From the NCBI GenBank assembly GCA_002269645.1, contig NIVC01003739.1, positions 1 through 15,169 of the forward strand: a stretch of DNA of 15,169 nucleotides, given 5' to 3'. Position numbers and translations under genes: made by a program. The stretch's first letter is position 1; each line of letters begins with the position of its first letter. The stretch is from Macrostomum lignano. Taxonomy: Eukaryota. The notes beneath the pieces are model-generated. The model saw only the letters and a list, made by a program, of their open reading frames with translations. It searched no databases and was not told where the DNA came from. Shown in pieces: positions 1 through 8,519 of the stretch.

Positions 1-830
1 GTGGCTCTTTTAATGCTTGACATGTGGCTCTTAATGTTCGACATGGTGGCTCTTAATGTTTGACATGGTGGCTCTTTATGCTTGACATGGTGGCTCTTTA
101 TGTTCGACATGGTGGCTCTTTTTGTTCTACATGGTAACTCTTTTTATGTTTGATACGGTGGCTTTTTAATATCTGACATTGTGGCTCTTTCTATGTTTGA
201 CATTGTGGCTCTTTATGTTTGACATGGTGGCTCTTTAATGTTGACATGGTGGCTCTTAATTTACGACATAAAGGCTTCGTTTATGTTCGACATGGTGGCC
301 TCTTTTAGGTTTGACATGGTAGCTCTTTTATGTTCGACATGGTGGCTCTTTTAGTTTGACATGGTGGCTCTTTTAGGTTTGACATGGTAGCTCTTTATGT
401 TCGACATGGTGGCTCTTTAATGTTCACATGATGGCTCTTAAATGTCTTACATGGTGGCTCTTTTATGTTTGACATGTGGCTCTTTAATGTTTACATGGCG
501 GCTCTTTTATGTTCGAAATGGTGGCTCTTTAATGTTCGACATGGTGGCTCTTAATGTTTGCATGCTAGCTCTTTAATGTTCGACATAGTGGCTCTTTTAT
601 GTTTGAGCATGGTGGCTCTTTAATGTTCTTCATGGTGGCTCTTTTACGTTTGACATGGTGGCACTTTAATGCGACGTGGTGGCTCTTTAATGTTCGAAAT
701 GGTGACTTTAATGTTTCACATGGGGGCCTTAATGTTTGACATAGAGTCACGTATTGTTTTACATGCGTGCCATGTAATGTTTGACATGGTGGCCTCTTTT
801 ATGTTTGACATTGTGCTTTTTTTATGTTTA
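1..830. repeat. Minisatellite A, ~23-bp unit ATGTTTGACATGGTGGCTCTTT(T/A), left-truncated
   Basis: Direct tandem repetition with no spacers; units diverge towards the right edge. Confidence 0.97.
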
Positions 831-858
831 GCAGTTTCGTGTTTTCAAGGTGTTTTAT

Positions 859-940
859 AAAAAAATTATTTTGCACTACTAAGATTCGAACCCAGGTCGC
901 TACGTTGGCAGTCCAGTCTGTTCGCATCTAGGCTATCTCT
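859..940 (-). promoter_or_regulatory. tRNA-derived (SINE-head-like) Pol III cassette: A box, B box, T7 run
   Basis: Minus strand: TAGCCTAGATGCG (A-box-like, 923-935), CTGGA-CTGCCAA-CGTAG, GGTTCGAATC (B box, 883-892), then T7 (859-865). The acceptor stem does not pair. Confidence 0.6.
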
Positions 941-1410
941 TTTCAATTGGAGTACATGAATTGTGGCCCTTATAATTAAATTCTTACAGCAAGTCAATTG
1001 GGGTAAAAAGTTATGACATAATCAATTTCTCAGTCAGCCAGTATCAGTCTCAGTTCAAGTTAGCAATATTGGTTACGCAATTTAATCAAGTCGTGTGTGC
1101 ATTTCTTCGGCACTGTTTTCAACTTGTTGTGATGCAATCTTATGAAATCAGAATTCAGCCAGTCAGTTTTTTCTCTAGCATTCTTACAATGATTTAGGTC
1201 GAAAGAGCTGCTTGACCTTTGCAAAAAAGCATGTTTTTCGAATATTTAATCCCTTTATCATTGAGCAATTTTTTAGCCAAGATGCATGTACCGTCCCAGG
1301 AAAATTTCTGATCGAATGGTGCAAGTTTGAAGAAAATCGGTTGAGCCATTTTTTCTGAAATCTATCGCATACCTACCCACATACAGACAACTCATTTTTA
1401 GTATATAGGA

Positions 1411-1439
1411 CTAGCAATCTACGCCCCCCGTTGGGGAGC
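1411..1439 (-). terminator. Helitron-type 3' terminal hairpin + CTAG (rolling-circle terminator), variant alpha
   Basis: 7-bp GC stem with one G.T pair and a 3-nt loop, 8 nt before CTAG; identical hairpin at 7851-7867. Confidence 0.8.
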
Positions 1440-1631
1440 CAAAGAAATGCAATACACGTTTTTTTAATAAGCTACATGTATCCTTGAAATCTTAAAAAAT
1501 CTCCTGTCAAACCTTGTAAGCCTTGACATGTCAGTAATTCCCCCCCACAAGCTTTAACATATCAACTTCCCCCCTTGACATCTCAGCAATGCCCCAAAAG
1601 CCTTGGAAATCTAAAAATATCTGTCAACCTT

Positions 1632-1693
1632 CTAACCCTAACCCTAGCCTAACCCTAACCCTAACCCTAACCCTAACCCTAACCTAACCCTAA
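1632..1693 (-). repeat. Interstitial telomere-type repeat (TTAGGG)n, ~10 units with variants
   Basis: Plus strand CCCTAA tandem with CCTAG/CCTAA variants. Confidence 0.92.
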
Positions 1694-2069
1694 AGCATTG
1701 AAATTTCAGTAATTCTCTCTAAGAGTCATTATAGCACTACTACAGCATTATAGCGATTCCCTGCAAGCCTCGACATCGTAGGATTCCCAAATGAATCTCT
1801 TAACTTCGACATGAAGCTTCTTTTATTTTTTACATTACGCTTTTTTATCAGCGATCCCTCCCCTGAGGAGGCATCAAATAATGTAATAAAAAGTTTTCAA
1901 TAAACTACATGTAGCTTCTGACTTTAGCCTTGAAATCTCATTTATACCCCCGTGAGCCTTGACATCTCAGCTATTCCCCCGTAAGCCTTAACATGTCAGC
2001 GATGGCCCCCATAAACCTTGAAATCTAAAAAATCCCCTGTTATTCTGTTAACCTTGAAACCGATAAAAT

Positions 2070-2118
2070 ATAACCCTCAACCCACACCTGACCTAAACCT
2101 AACTTTAACCCAACCTAA
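2070..2118 (-). repeat. Degenerate telomere-like tract in linker module 2
   Basis: TAACCCTCAACCCACACCTGACCTAAACCTAACTTTAACCCAACCTAAA sits at the position homologous to the purer tract of module 1; also at ~8887-8935 and ~12492-12540. Confidence 0.6.
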
Positions 2119-2509
2119 AGCCTTGAAATCTCAGCAATTCTTCTCCCCTAAGCCTTGACATTTTAGTGATTCCTTCTTTAAGAATCACAGCACTATAACG
2201 ATTTCCACCAAGCTTTGACATCGTAGCAATTCCCAAATGAATCTTTTAACTTCGACATGACTTTTCTTTTATGTATACGTAGTGCTACTTTTATTTTTTA
2301 CATGACTCTTCTTCTATCAGCGCCCCCCCCCGTGGCGAGCCAACAAATAATGCAATAAAAAAATTGAGTAAAGTACATGAACTTTGAAGTAGCTTCTGAC
2401 TTTTGCTTTGACATCTCAGAAACCCCCCCCCCCCGTAATCTCAGTTATTCTCTGAGAGCCTTGACGTCTCAGTTTTTCTCCCCAGCACAGCATTATAGCT
2501 GCATTTAAT

Positions 2510-3878
2510 TTTTACATGACACCCTTCATGTCTGACATGACGCTTCTTTTATTCTACCATGATGCTTCTTAATTTTTTAAATGACACTTTCATTAGTTTT
2601 TAAATGAGGCTTCCTATGATTTTTTCATGACGCTTCTATGATTTTTACATGACACTTCTATGATTTTTTATATGACGCTTCTATGATTGTTTATATGACG
2701 CTTCTATGCTTTTTACATGACGCTTCTATGATTTTTTACATACGCTTCCATGATTGTTTACATGACGCTTCTATGATTGTTTACATGACGCTTCTATGAT
2801 TGTTTACATGACGCTTCTATGATTTTTTACATGACGCTTCTATGATTATTTCATGACGCTTCTACGATTTCTGCACGCTTCATGATTTTTACATGACGCT
2901 TTATGATTTTTACATGACGCTTCTATGATTGTTTACATGACGCTTCTATGATTGTTTATACGACGCTTCTATGATTTTTACATGACGCTTCTATGTTTTT
3001 ACATGACGCTTCTATGATTGTTTACATGACGCTTCTATGATTGTTTCATGACGCTTCTATGATTGTTTACATGACGCTTCTATGATTGTTTACATGACGC
3101 TTCTATGATTGTTTACATGACGCTTCTATGATTGTTTATACGACGCTTCTATGATTTTTACATGACGCTTCTATGATTTTTACATGACGCTTCTATGATT
3201 TTTTACATGACGCTTCTATGATTGTTTCATGACGCTTCTATGATTGTTTACATGACGCTTCTATGATTTTTACATGACGCTTCTATGATTGTTTACATGA
3301 CGCTTCTATGATTGTTTATACGACGCTTCTATGATTTTTACATGACGCTTCTATGCTTTTTACATGACGCTTCTATGATTTTTACATGACGCTTCTATGA
3401 TTGTTTCATGACGCTTCTATGATTTTTTACATGGCGCTTCTATGATTGTTTACATGACGCTTCTATGATTTTTACATGACGCTTCTATGATTGTTTACAT
3501 GACGCTTCTATGATTTTTACATGACGCTTCTATGATTGTTTACATGACGCTTCTATGATTGTTTACATGACGCTTCTATGATTGTTTACATGACGCTTCT
3601 ATGATTGTTTACATGACGCTTCTATGATTTTTATATGACGCTTCTATGATTGTTTACATGACGCTTCTATGATTGTTTACATGACGCTTCTATGATTGTT
3701 TAAATGACGCTTCTATGATTGTTTACATGACGCTTCTATGATTTTTTACATGACGCTTCTATGATTGTTTACATGACGCTTCTATGATTTTTTACATGAC
3801 GCTTCTATGATTGTTTACATGACGCTTCTATGATTTTTTACATGACGCTTCTATGATTTTTACATGACGATTCTTTTT
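2510..3878. repeat. Minisatellite B, 22-23-bp unit CATGACGCTTCTATGATT(G/T)TTTA
   Basis: Direct tandem repetition, homogeneous from ~2620, degenerate at the left edge. Confidence 0.97.
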
Positions 3879-3919
3879 AAAGAGTCTTTTAGTTTTCCTG
3901 ACGTTGAAAAGCTTTAATT

Positions 3920-3999
3920 AAAAAATTATACTCTATGAAAATTCGAACCATCGTCGCTGCATTTAACAGTTCAGTTTGTTCACCTCTAGGCTAGCTCTC
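3920..3999 (-). promoter_or_regulatory. tRNA-derived Pol III cassette (core2 version)
   Basis: Minus strand: TAGCCTAGAGG (3983-3993), CTGAA-CTGTTAA-ATGCAG, GGTTCGAATT (3940-3949), T6 (3920-3925). Confidence 0.55.
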
Positions 4000-4476
4000 A
4001 TCGTTTTGATAACATCAAATTTTGCACTTATATAATTCAACACTTTAAAATCCAAGCATAGAGTAAATCACACGAAGCAGTTATGACATAATCAGTTTCT
4101 CAGTCAGTCAGTATCAGTTAACAATATGGTTACGCAATCTAAATCAAGTCTGGTGCTACGCTTCCACACTGCATTTTCAATTCAAGTCGGAGTTACAATT
4201 CAGTTATGATGCAATCTATTTCAGAATCAGAATTCAACCAGTCAGTTTTTTCTCTAGCATTCTTACAATGCATTTCAAGTCGAAAAGTTTGCTTGACCTT
4301 TGCAAAAAAGCATGTTTTTCGAATATTTAATGCCTTTAGCATCAAGAAATTTCTTAGCCATGTACAGTCACGGGAAAATTTCTGATCGAACAGTGCAAGT
4401 TCGAACAAAATCGGTACAGCCATTTTTTCTCTAATCGATCACATAGACACAGACAGACCATTTTTAGTATATAGGA

Positions 4477-4505
4477 CTAGCAATCTTTGCCCCCCGATGG
4501 GGGAC
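4477..4505 (-). terminator. Helitron-type 3' hairpin + CTAG, variant beta
   Basis: Plus strand CTAGCAATCTTTGCCCCCCGATGGGGGAC; shares CTAGCAATCT with variant alpha. Confidence 0.72.
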
Positions 4506-4599
4506 ATCTGGATAGAATCCTTGTTTTTTACAAATAACAAATAGACAGCGAAATAAAGCCTTCAGAAAAAACAACAGACATTCCCTCTTAAAAACAAAA

Positions 4600-5400
4600 C
4601 ATCCCAAGACAGCAAGCATCCTCAGACAACATTCAAGCATTGATCCCAAATAGCAAGCATCCCCAGACTGCAAGCATCCCCCAGATAGCAAGCATCCCCA
4701 GATAGCAAGCATCCCCCAGACTGCAAGCATCCCCCCGATAGCAAGCATTCCCCAGACCCAGATAGCAAGCATCCCCAGATAGCAAGCATCCCGCAGATAG
4801 CAAGCATCCCCAGATAGCAAGCATTCCTCAGATAGCAAGCATCCCCCAGATCGCAAGCATCCCCAGATAGCAAGCATTCCCCAGACCCCAGATAGCAAGC
4901 GTCCCCCAGATGGCAAGCATCCCCAGATAGCAAGCATCCCCCAGACTGCAAGCATCCCCCGATAGCAAGCATTCCCCAGACCCCAGATAGCAAGCATCCC
5001 CCAGATAGCAAGCATCCCGCAGATAGCAAGCATCCCCCAGATAGCAAGCATTCCTCAGATAGCAAGCATCCCCCAGATCGCAAGCATCCCCAGATAGCAA
5101 GCATTCCCCAGACCCCAGATAGCAAGCGTCCCCCAGATAGCAAGCATCCCGCAGATAGCAAGCATCCCCAGATAGCAAGCATCCCGCAGATAGCAAGCAT
5201 CCCCTAGATAGCAAGCATCCCCCCCCCCAGATAGCAAGCATCCCCAGACAGCAAGCAACCCCTGATAGCAAGCATAACCTGGATACAAAGATACCTTATA
5301 GATATCTAGCAACCCCCTCTCAGATAGCAAGTACTCTCCACCCCAAGAGCAAGCATCCCCCTGATAGCAAGTATCCATCCTTAAATAGCAAGCATCCACC
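4600..5400. repeat. Minisatellite C, 17-18-bp unit CCCC(C)AGATAGCAAGCAT
   Basis: Direct tandem repeats with degenerate flanks and an internal ~227-bp duplication. Confidence 0.96.
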
Positions 5401-5454
5401 AGAGAACAAGTAGCTAGTGCAACAATTTCCTTAGCTTTATAATGGTTTCATTTT

Positions 5455-7255
5455 GTTTGGCATGACACTTCTTTTATGTTTGAAATGGTGTCTCTTTTTT
5501 GTTTAAAAAAGTGGCTTTTTAATGTTTGACATGGTAGCTCTTTTGTGTTTGACATGATAGCTCTTTAATGTTGGACGTGGTGGCCCTTTTGTGTTTGACA
5601 TGGTAGCTCTTTAATGTTTGACATGGTGGCTCTTCTATGTTTGCCATGGCGGCCCTTTTACGTTTGAAATGGTGTCTCTGTTATGTTTGACATGGTGGCT
5701 TAGTTGTTTGACATGGTGGCTCTTCTATGTTTGACATGGTGGCTCTTCTATGTTTGACATGGCGGCCCTTTTACATTTGAAATTGTGTCTTTTTATATTG
5801 GGCATAATGGCTCAATAATGTTTTGACATGGTAGCTCTTTTATGTTTGATATGGTGGCTCCCTTATGTGTGACATGGTGTCTTTTTTATTTTTAATGTTT
5901 GACATGGAGTCATATATGTTTGACATGGAGTCATATATGTTTGACATGGAGTCATATATGTTTGACATGGTGGCTCTTTAATGTTTGACATGGAGTCACG
6001 TATATGTTTGACATGGTGGCTCTTTAATGTTTGACATTGAGTCACGTATATGTTTCACATGATGGCTCTTTTATGTTTGACATGATGGCTCTTTTATGTT
6101 TGACATGGTAGCTCTTTTATATTTTACATGGTGGCTCTTTTATGTTCGACATGGCTGATCTTGAATGTTTGACATGGTGGCTCTTTAATGTTTGACATGG
6201 TGGCTCTTTAATGTTTGACATGGTGGCTCTTTTATGTTCGACATGGTGGCTCTTTTATGCTCGACATGGTGGCTCTTTAATGTTTGACATGGTGGCTCTT
6301 TAATGTTCAACATGGTGGCTATTTTATGCTCGACATGGTGGCTCTTTTATGTTTGACATGGTGGCTCTTAAATGTTTGAAATGTTGTCTCTGTTATGTTC
6401 GACATGGTTTCTCTTGAATGTTTGACATGGTGGCTCTTTAATGTTTGACATGGTGGCTCTTTTATGTTCGACATGGTGGCTCTTTTATGCTCGACATGGT
6501 GGCTCTTTAATGTTTGACATGGTGGCTCTTTAATGTTCAACATGGTGGCTATTTTATGCTCGACATGGTGGCTCTTTTATGTTTGACATGGTGGCTCTTA
6601 AATGTTTGAAATGTTGTCTCTGTTATGTTCGACATGGTTTCTCTTGAATGTTTGACATGGTGGCTCTTTAATGTTTGACATGGTGGCTCTTTTATGTTTG
6701 ACATGGTGGCTCTTTTATGCTCGACATGGTGGCTCTTTTATGTTTGACATGGTGGCTCTTAAATGTTTGAAATGTTGTCTCTGTTATGTTCGACATGGTG
6801 GCTCTTTTATGTTTGACATGGTAGCTCTTTTATATTTTACTTGGTGGCTCTTTAATGTTTGACATGGTGGCTCTTCAATGTTCAACATGGTGGCTCTTTA
6901 ATGTTCGACATGGTGGCTCTTTAATGTTTGACATGATGGCTCTTTTATGTTTGAAATGTTGTCTCTGTTATGTTTGACATAGTGGCTCTTTAATGTTCGA
7001 CATGGTGGCTCTTTTATGTTTGACATGATGGCTCTTTTATGTTTGAAATGTTGTCTCTGTTATGTTCGACATGGTGGCTCTTTAATGTTTGACATGGTGG
7101 CTCTTTAATGTTTGACATTGAGTCACGTATATGTTTCACATGGTGGCTCTTTTATGTTTGAAATGGTGGCTCTTTTGTGTTCTACATGGTGGCACTTTTT
7201 TTTTGTTTGGCATGGTGGCTCTTTTATATTTGACATTGCGCTTCTTTTATGTTTA
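5455..7255. repeat. Minisatellite A (~1.8 kb), 23-bp unit
   Basis: Same unit as 1-830. Contains 21-bp GGAGTCATAT variants near 5900-5960 and a 230-bp higher-order duplication. Confidence 0.97.
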
Positions 7256-7282
7256 GCATTTTGTGTTTTAAAGTGTTTTAAT

Positions 7283-7365
7283 AAAAAAATGTTTTTGCAC
7301 TACTAAGATTCGAACCCAGGTCGCTACATTAGCAGTCCAGTCTGTTCCCATCTTGGCTATCTCTT
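7283..7365 (-). promoter_or_regulatory. tRNA-derived Pol III cassette (core1 version)
   Basis: Minus strand: TAGCCAAGATGG (7348-7359), CTGGA-CTGCTAA-TGTAG, CTGGG-TTCGAAT-CTTAG T-arm, T7 (7283-7289). Confidence 0.62.
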
Positions 7366-8093
7366 TTCAATTGGAGAACATGTATTGTGGCCCTTATAAT
7401 TCAATTCTTATAGCAAGTCAGTTAGAGTAAAAAGTTATGACATAATCAATTTCTCAGTCAGCCAGTATCAGTCTCAATTCAAGTTAGCAATATGGTTACG
7501 CAATTACAATCAAGTCTTGTGTGCATTTTTTCGACACTGTTTTCATCTTGTTGTGATGCAATCTTTATCACAATTGAAATTCAGTCAGTCAGTTTTTTCT
7601 TTCGCATTTTTACAATTCATTTCAGGTCGAAAGAGCTGCTTGACCTTTGCAAAAAAGCATGTTTTTCGAATATTTAATCCCTTTAAAATTGAGCAATTTC
7701 TTAGCCAAGATGCATGTACCGTCCCAGGAAAATTTCTGATCAAATGGTGCAAGTTTGAAGAAAATCGGTTGAGCCACTTTTTCTGAAATCTATCGCATAG
7801 CTAGATAGTTACAGACATTTCATTTTTAGTATATATGACTAGCAATCTACGCCCCCCGTTGGGGAGCTAAAGAAATGAATACACGTTTTTTAATAAGCTA
7901 CATGTAGCCTTGAAATCCTAAAAAATCTCCTGTCAAACTTCTAATAGCCCTAACCCCAACCCTAAATTTAATATTTTGTCCATGAGTTTTTGCATGATGC
8001 TTCTATGATTTTTTGAATGACGCTTCCATGATTTTTGCATGACGCTTCTATGCTAAACATTTTTAATAAGCTACATGAGCTAAGTTATAAGCT

Positions 8094-8180
8094 ACCCTAA
8101 CCCTAGCACTAACCCGAATCTTAACGCTATAACCCTAACCCTAACCATATACCCTAACACCAACGCTAACACTAACCCTA
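8094..8180 (-). repeat. Degenerate telomere-like tract inside the patchwork insertion
   Basis: CCCTAA units mixed with CCCTAG, CACTAA, CGCTAA and CCCGAA variants. Confidence 0.7.
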
Positions 8181-8481
8181 CAGCCTTACATCTGTATAAG
8201 TTTGTGAAGCGCTAGTAGTATTTTTTTAGCTTAGTATCTTAGCGTTGGGGAGCCAAAAAATGCAGTACAAGTTTTGTAATAAACTACATGTAGCATCTCT
8301 TTGCAATATCTCTCTGCAATATTTGCATCTCTTTGCAATAATATACTGCTTTGAAAGCAGTCCCTTGTAAGCCTTGACATGTCAGTAATTCCCCCCCCAC
8401 AGGCTTTAACATTTCAACTTCCCCTTGACATCTCAGCGATGCTCCCATAAGCCATGAAATCTAAAAAAATCTGTCAACTTT

Positions 8482-8519
8482 CTAACCCTAACCCTAACCC
8501 TAACCTAACCTAACCCTAA
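8482..8519 (-). repeat. Interstitial telomere-type repeat (TTAGGG/TTAGG mix)
   Basis: CTAA(CCCTAA)3(CCTAA)2CCCTAA on the plus strand. Confidence 0.9.

Larger units (their letters stand above)
1..1410 (-). mobile_element. Non-autonomous Helitron-like element, type 1 (5' part only; continues left of the window)
   Basis: Minus strand starts TCCTATATACTAAAAATG at 1410, directly after the CTAG of the neighbour. The ~580-bp core (830-1410) closely matches 7255-7838 and is followed by satellite A. No Rep/helicase ORF. Confidence 0.75.
1510..2490. repeat. Linker: degenerate ~25-30-bp repeat (AAGCCTTGACAT(C/G)TCAGCAATTCCCC-like) arranged in two diverged ~440-470-bp modules plus a short third
   Basis: Recurrent GCCTTGACAT/ACCTTGAAAT units. 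The block TTCCCAAATGAATCT(C/T)TTAACTTCGACATGA closes two modules. The whole linker recurs at ~8365-9330 and ~11956-12900. Confidence 0.8.
1411..4476 (-). mobile_element. Non-autonomous Helitron-like element, type 2 (3066 bp, both ends present)
   Basis: 5' TCCTATATACTAAAAATG at 4476; 3' hairpin GCTCCCC-AAC-GGGGGGC (1423-1439) + 8 nt + CTAG (1411-1414). Contains core2, satellite B and the linker. Repeated at 7839-11493. Confidence 0.8.
4477..7838 (-). mobile_element. Non-autonomous Helitron-like element, type 1 (3362 bp, both ends present)
   Basis: 5' TCATATATACTAAAAATG at 7838; 3' hairpin CCCCC-ATC-GGGGG (4491-4503) then CTAG (4477-4480). Contains core1, satellite A and satellite C. Confidence 0.78.

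Noticed and set aside
565-860. Short ORFs in satellite A (also 5863-7306)
   Set aside because: Repeat-derived, 60-75 aa, no protein features.
1632-1693. True chromosome end
   Set aside because: The tract is only ~60 bp, internal, and flanked on both sides by repeated linker sequence.
4193-4423. Short ORFs in the cores (also 7492-7786 and 11266-11497)
   Set aside because: Starts, stops and frames are not conserved between homologous copies; no HUH/Rep or PIF1 helicase motifs.
4464-5399. ORFs of 114-195 aa (MLAIWG repeats)
   Set aside because: Translations of satellite C in several overlapping frames; low complexity, no recognisable domain.
5414-5417. CTAG between satellites C and A as an additional Helitron 3' end
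   Set aside because: No GC-rich hairpin on the required side and no adjacent TC..ATATACTAAAA start.
1-7255. Many TTGACA hexamers as bacterial -35 boxes; GC hairpins as rho-independent terminators
   Set aside because: TTGACA is simply part of the satellite unit, and there are no genes or prokaryotic context.
7295-7365. Functional tRNA gene (Ser-GCT-like loop)
   Set aside because: The acceptor stem does not pair, the anticodon stem is mismatched, and the anticodon varies among copies (GCT, GCC, GTT); kept only as a tRNA-derived cassette.
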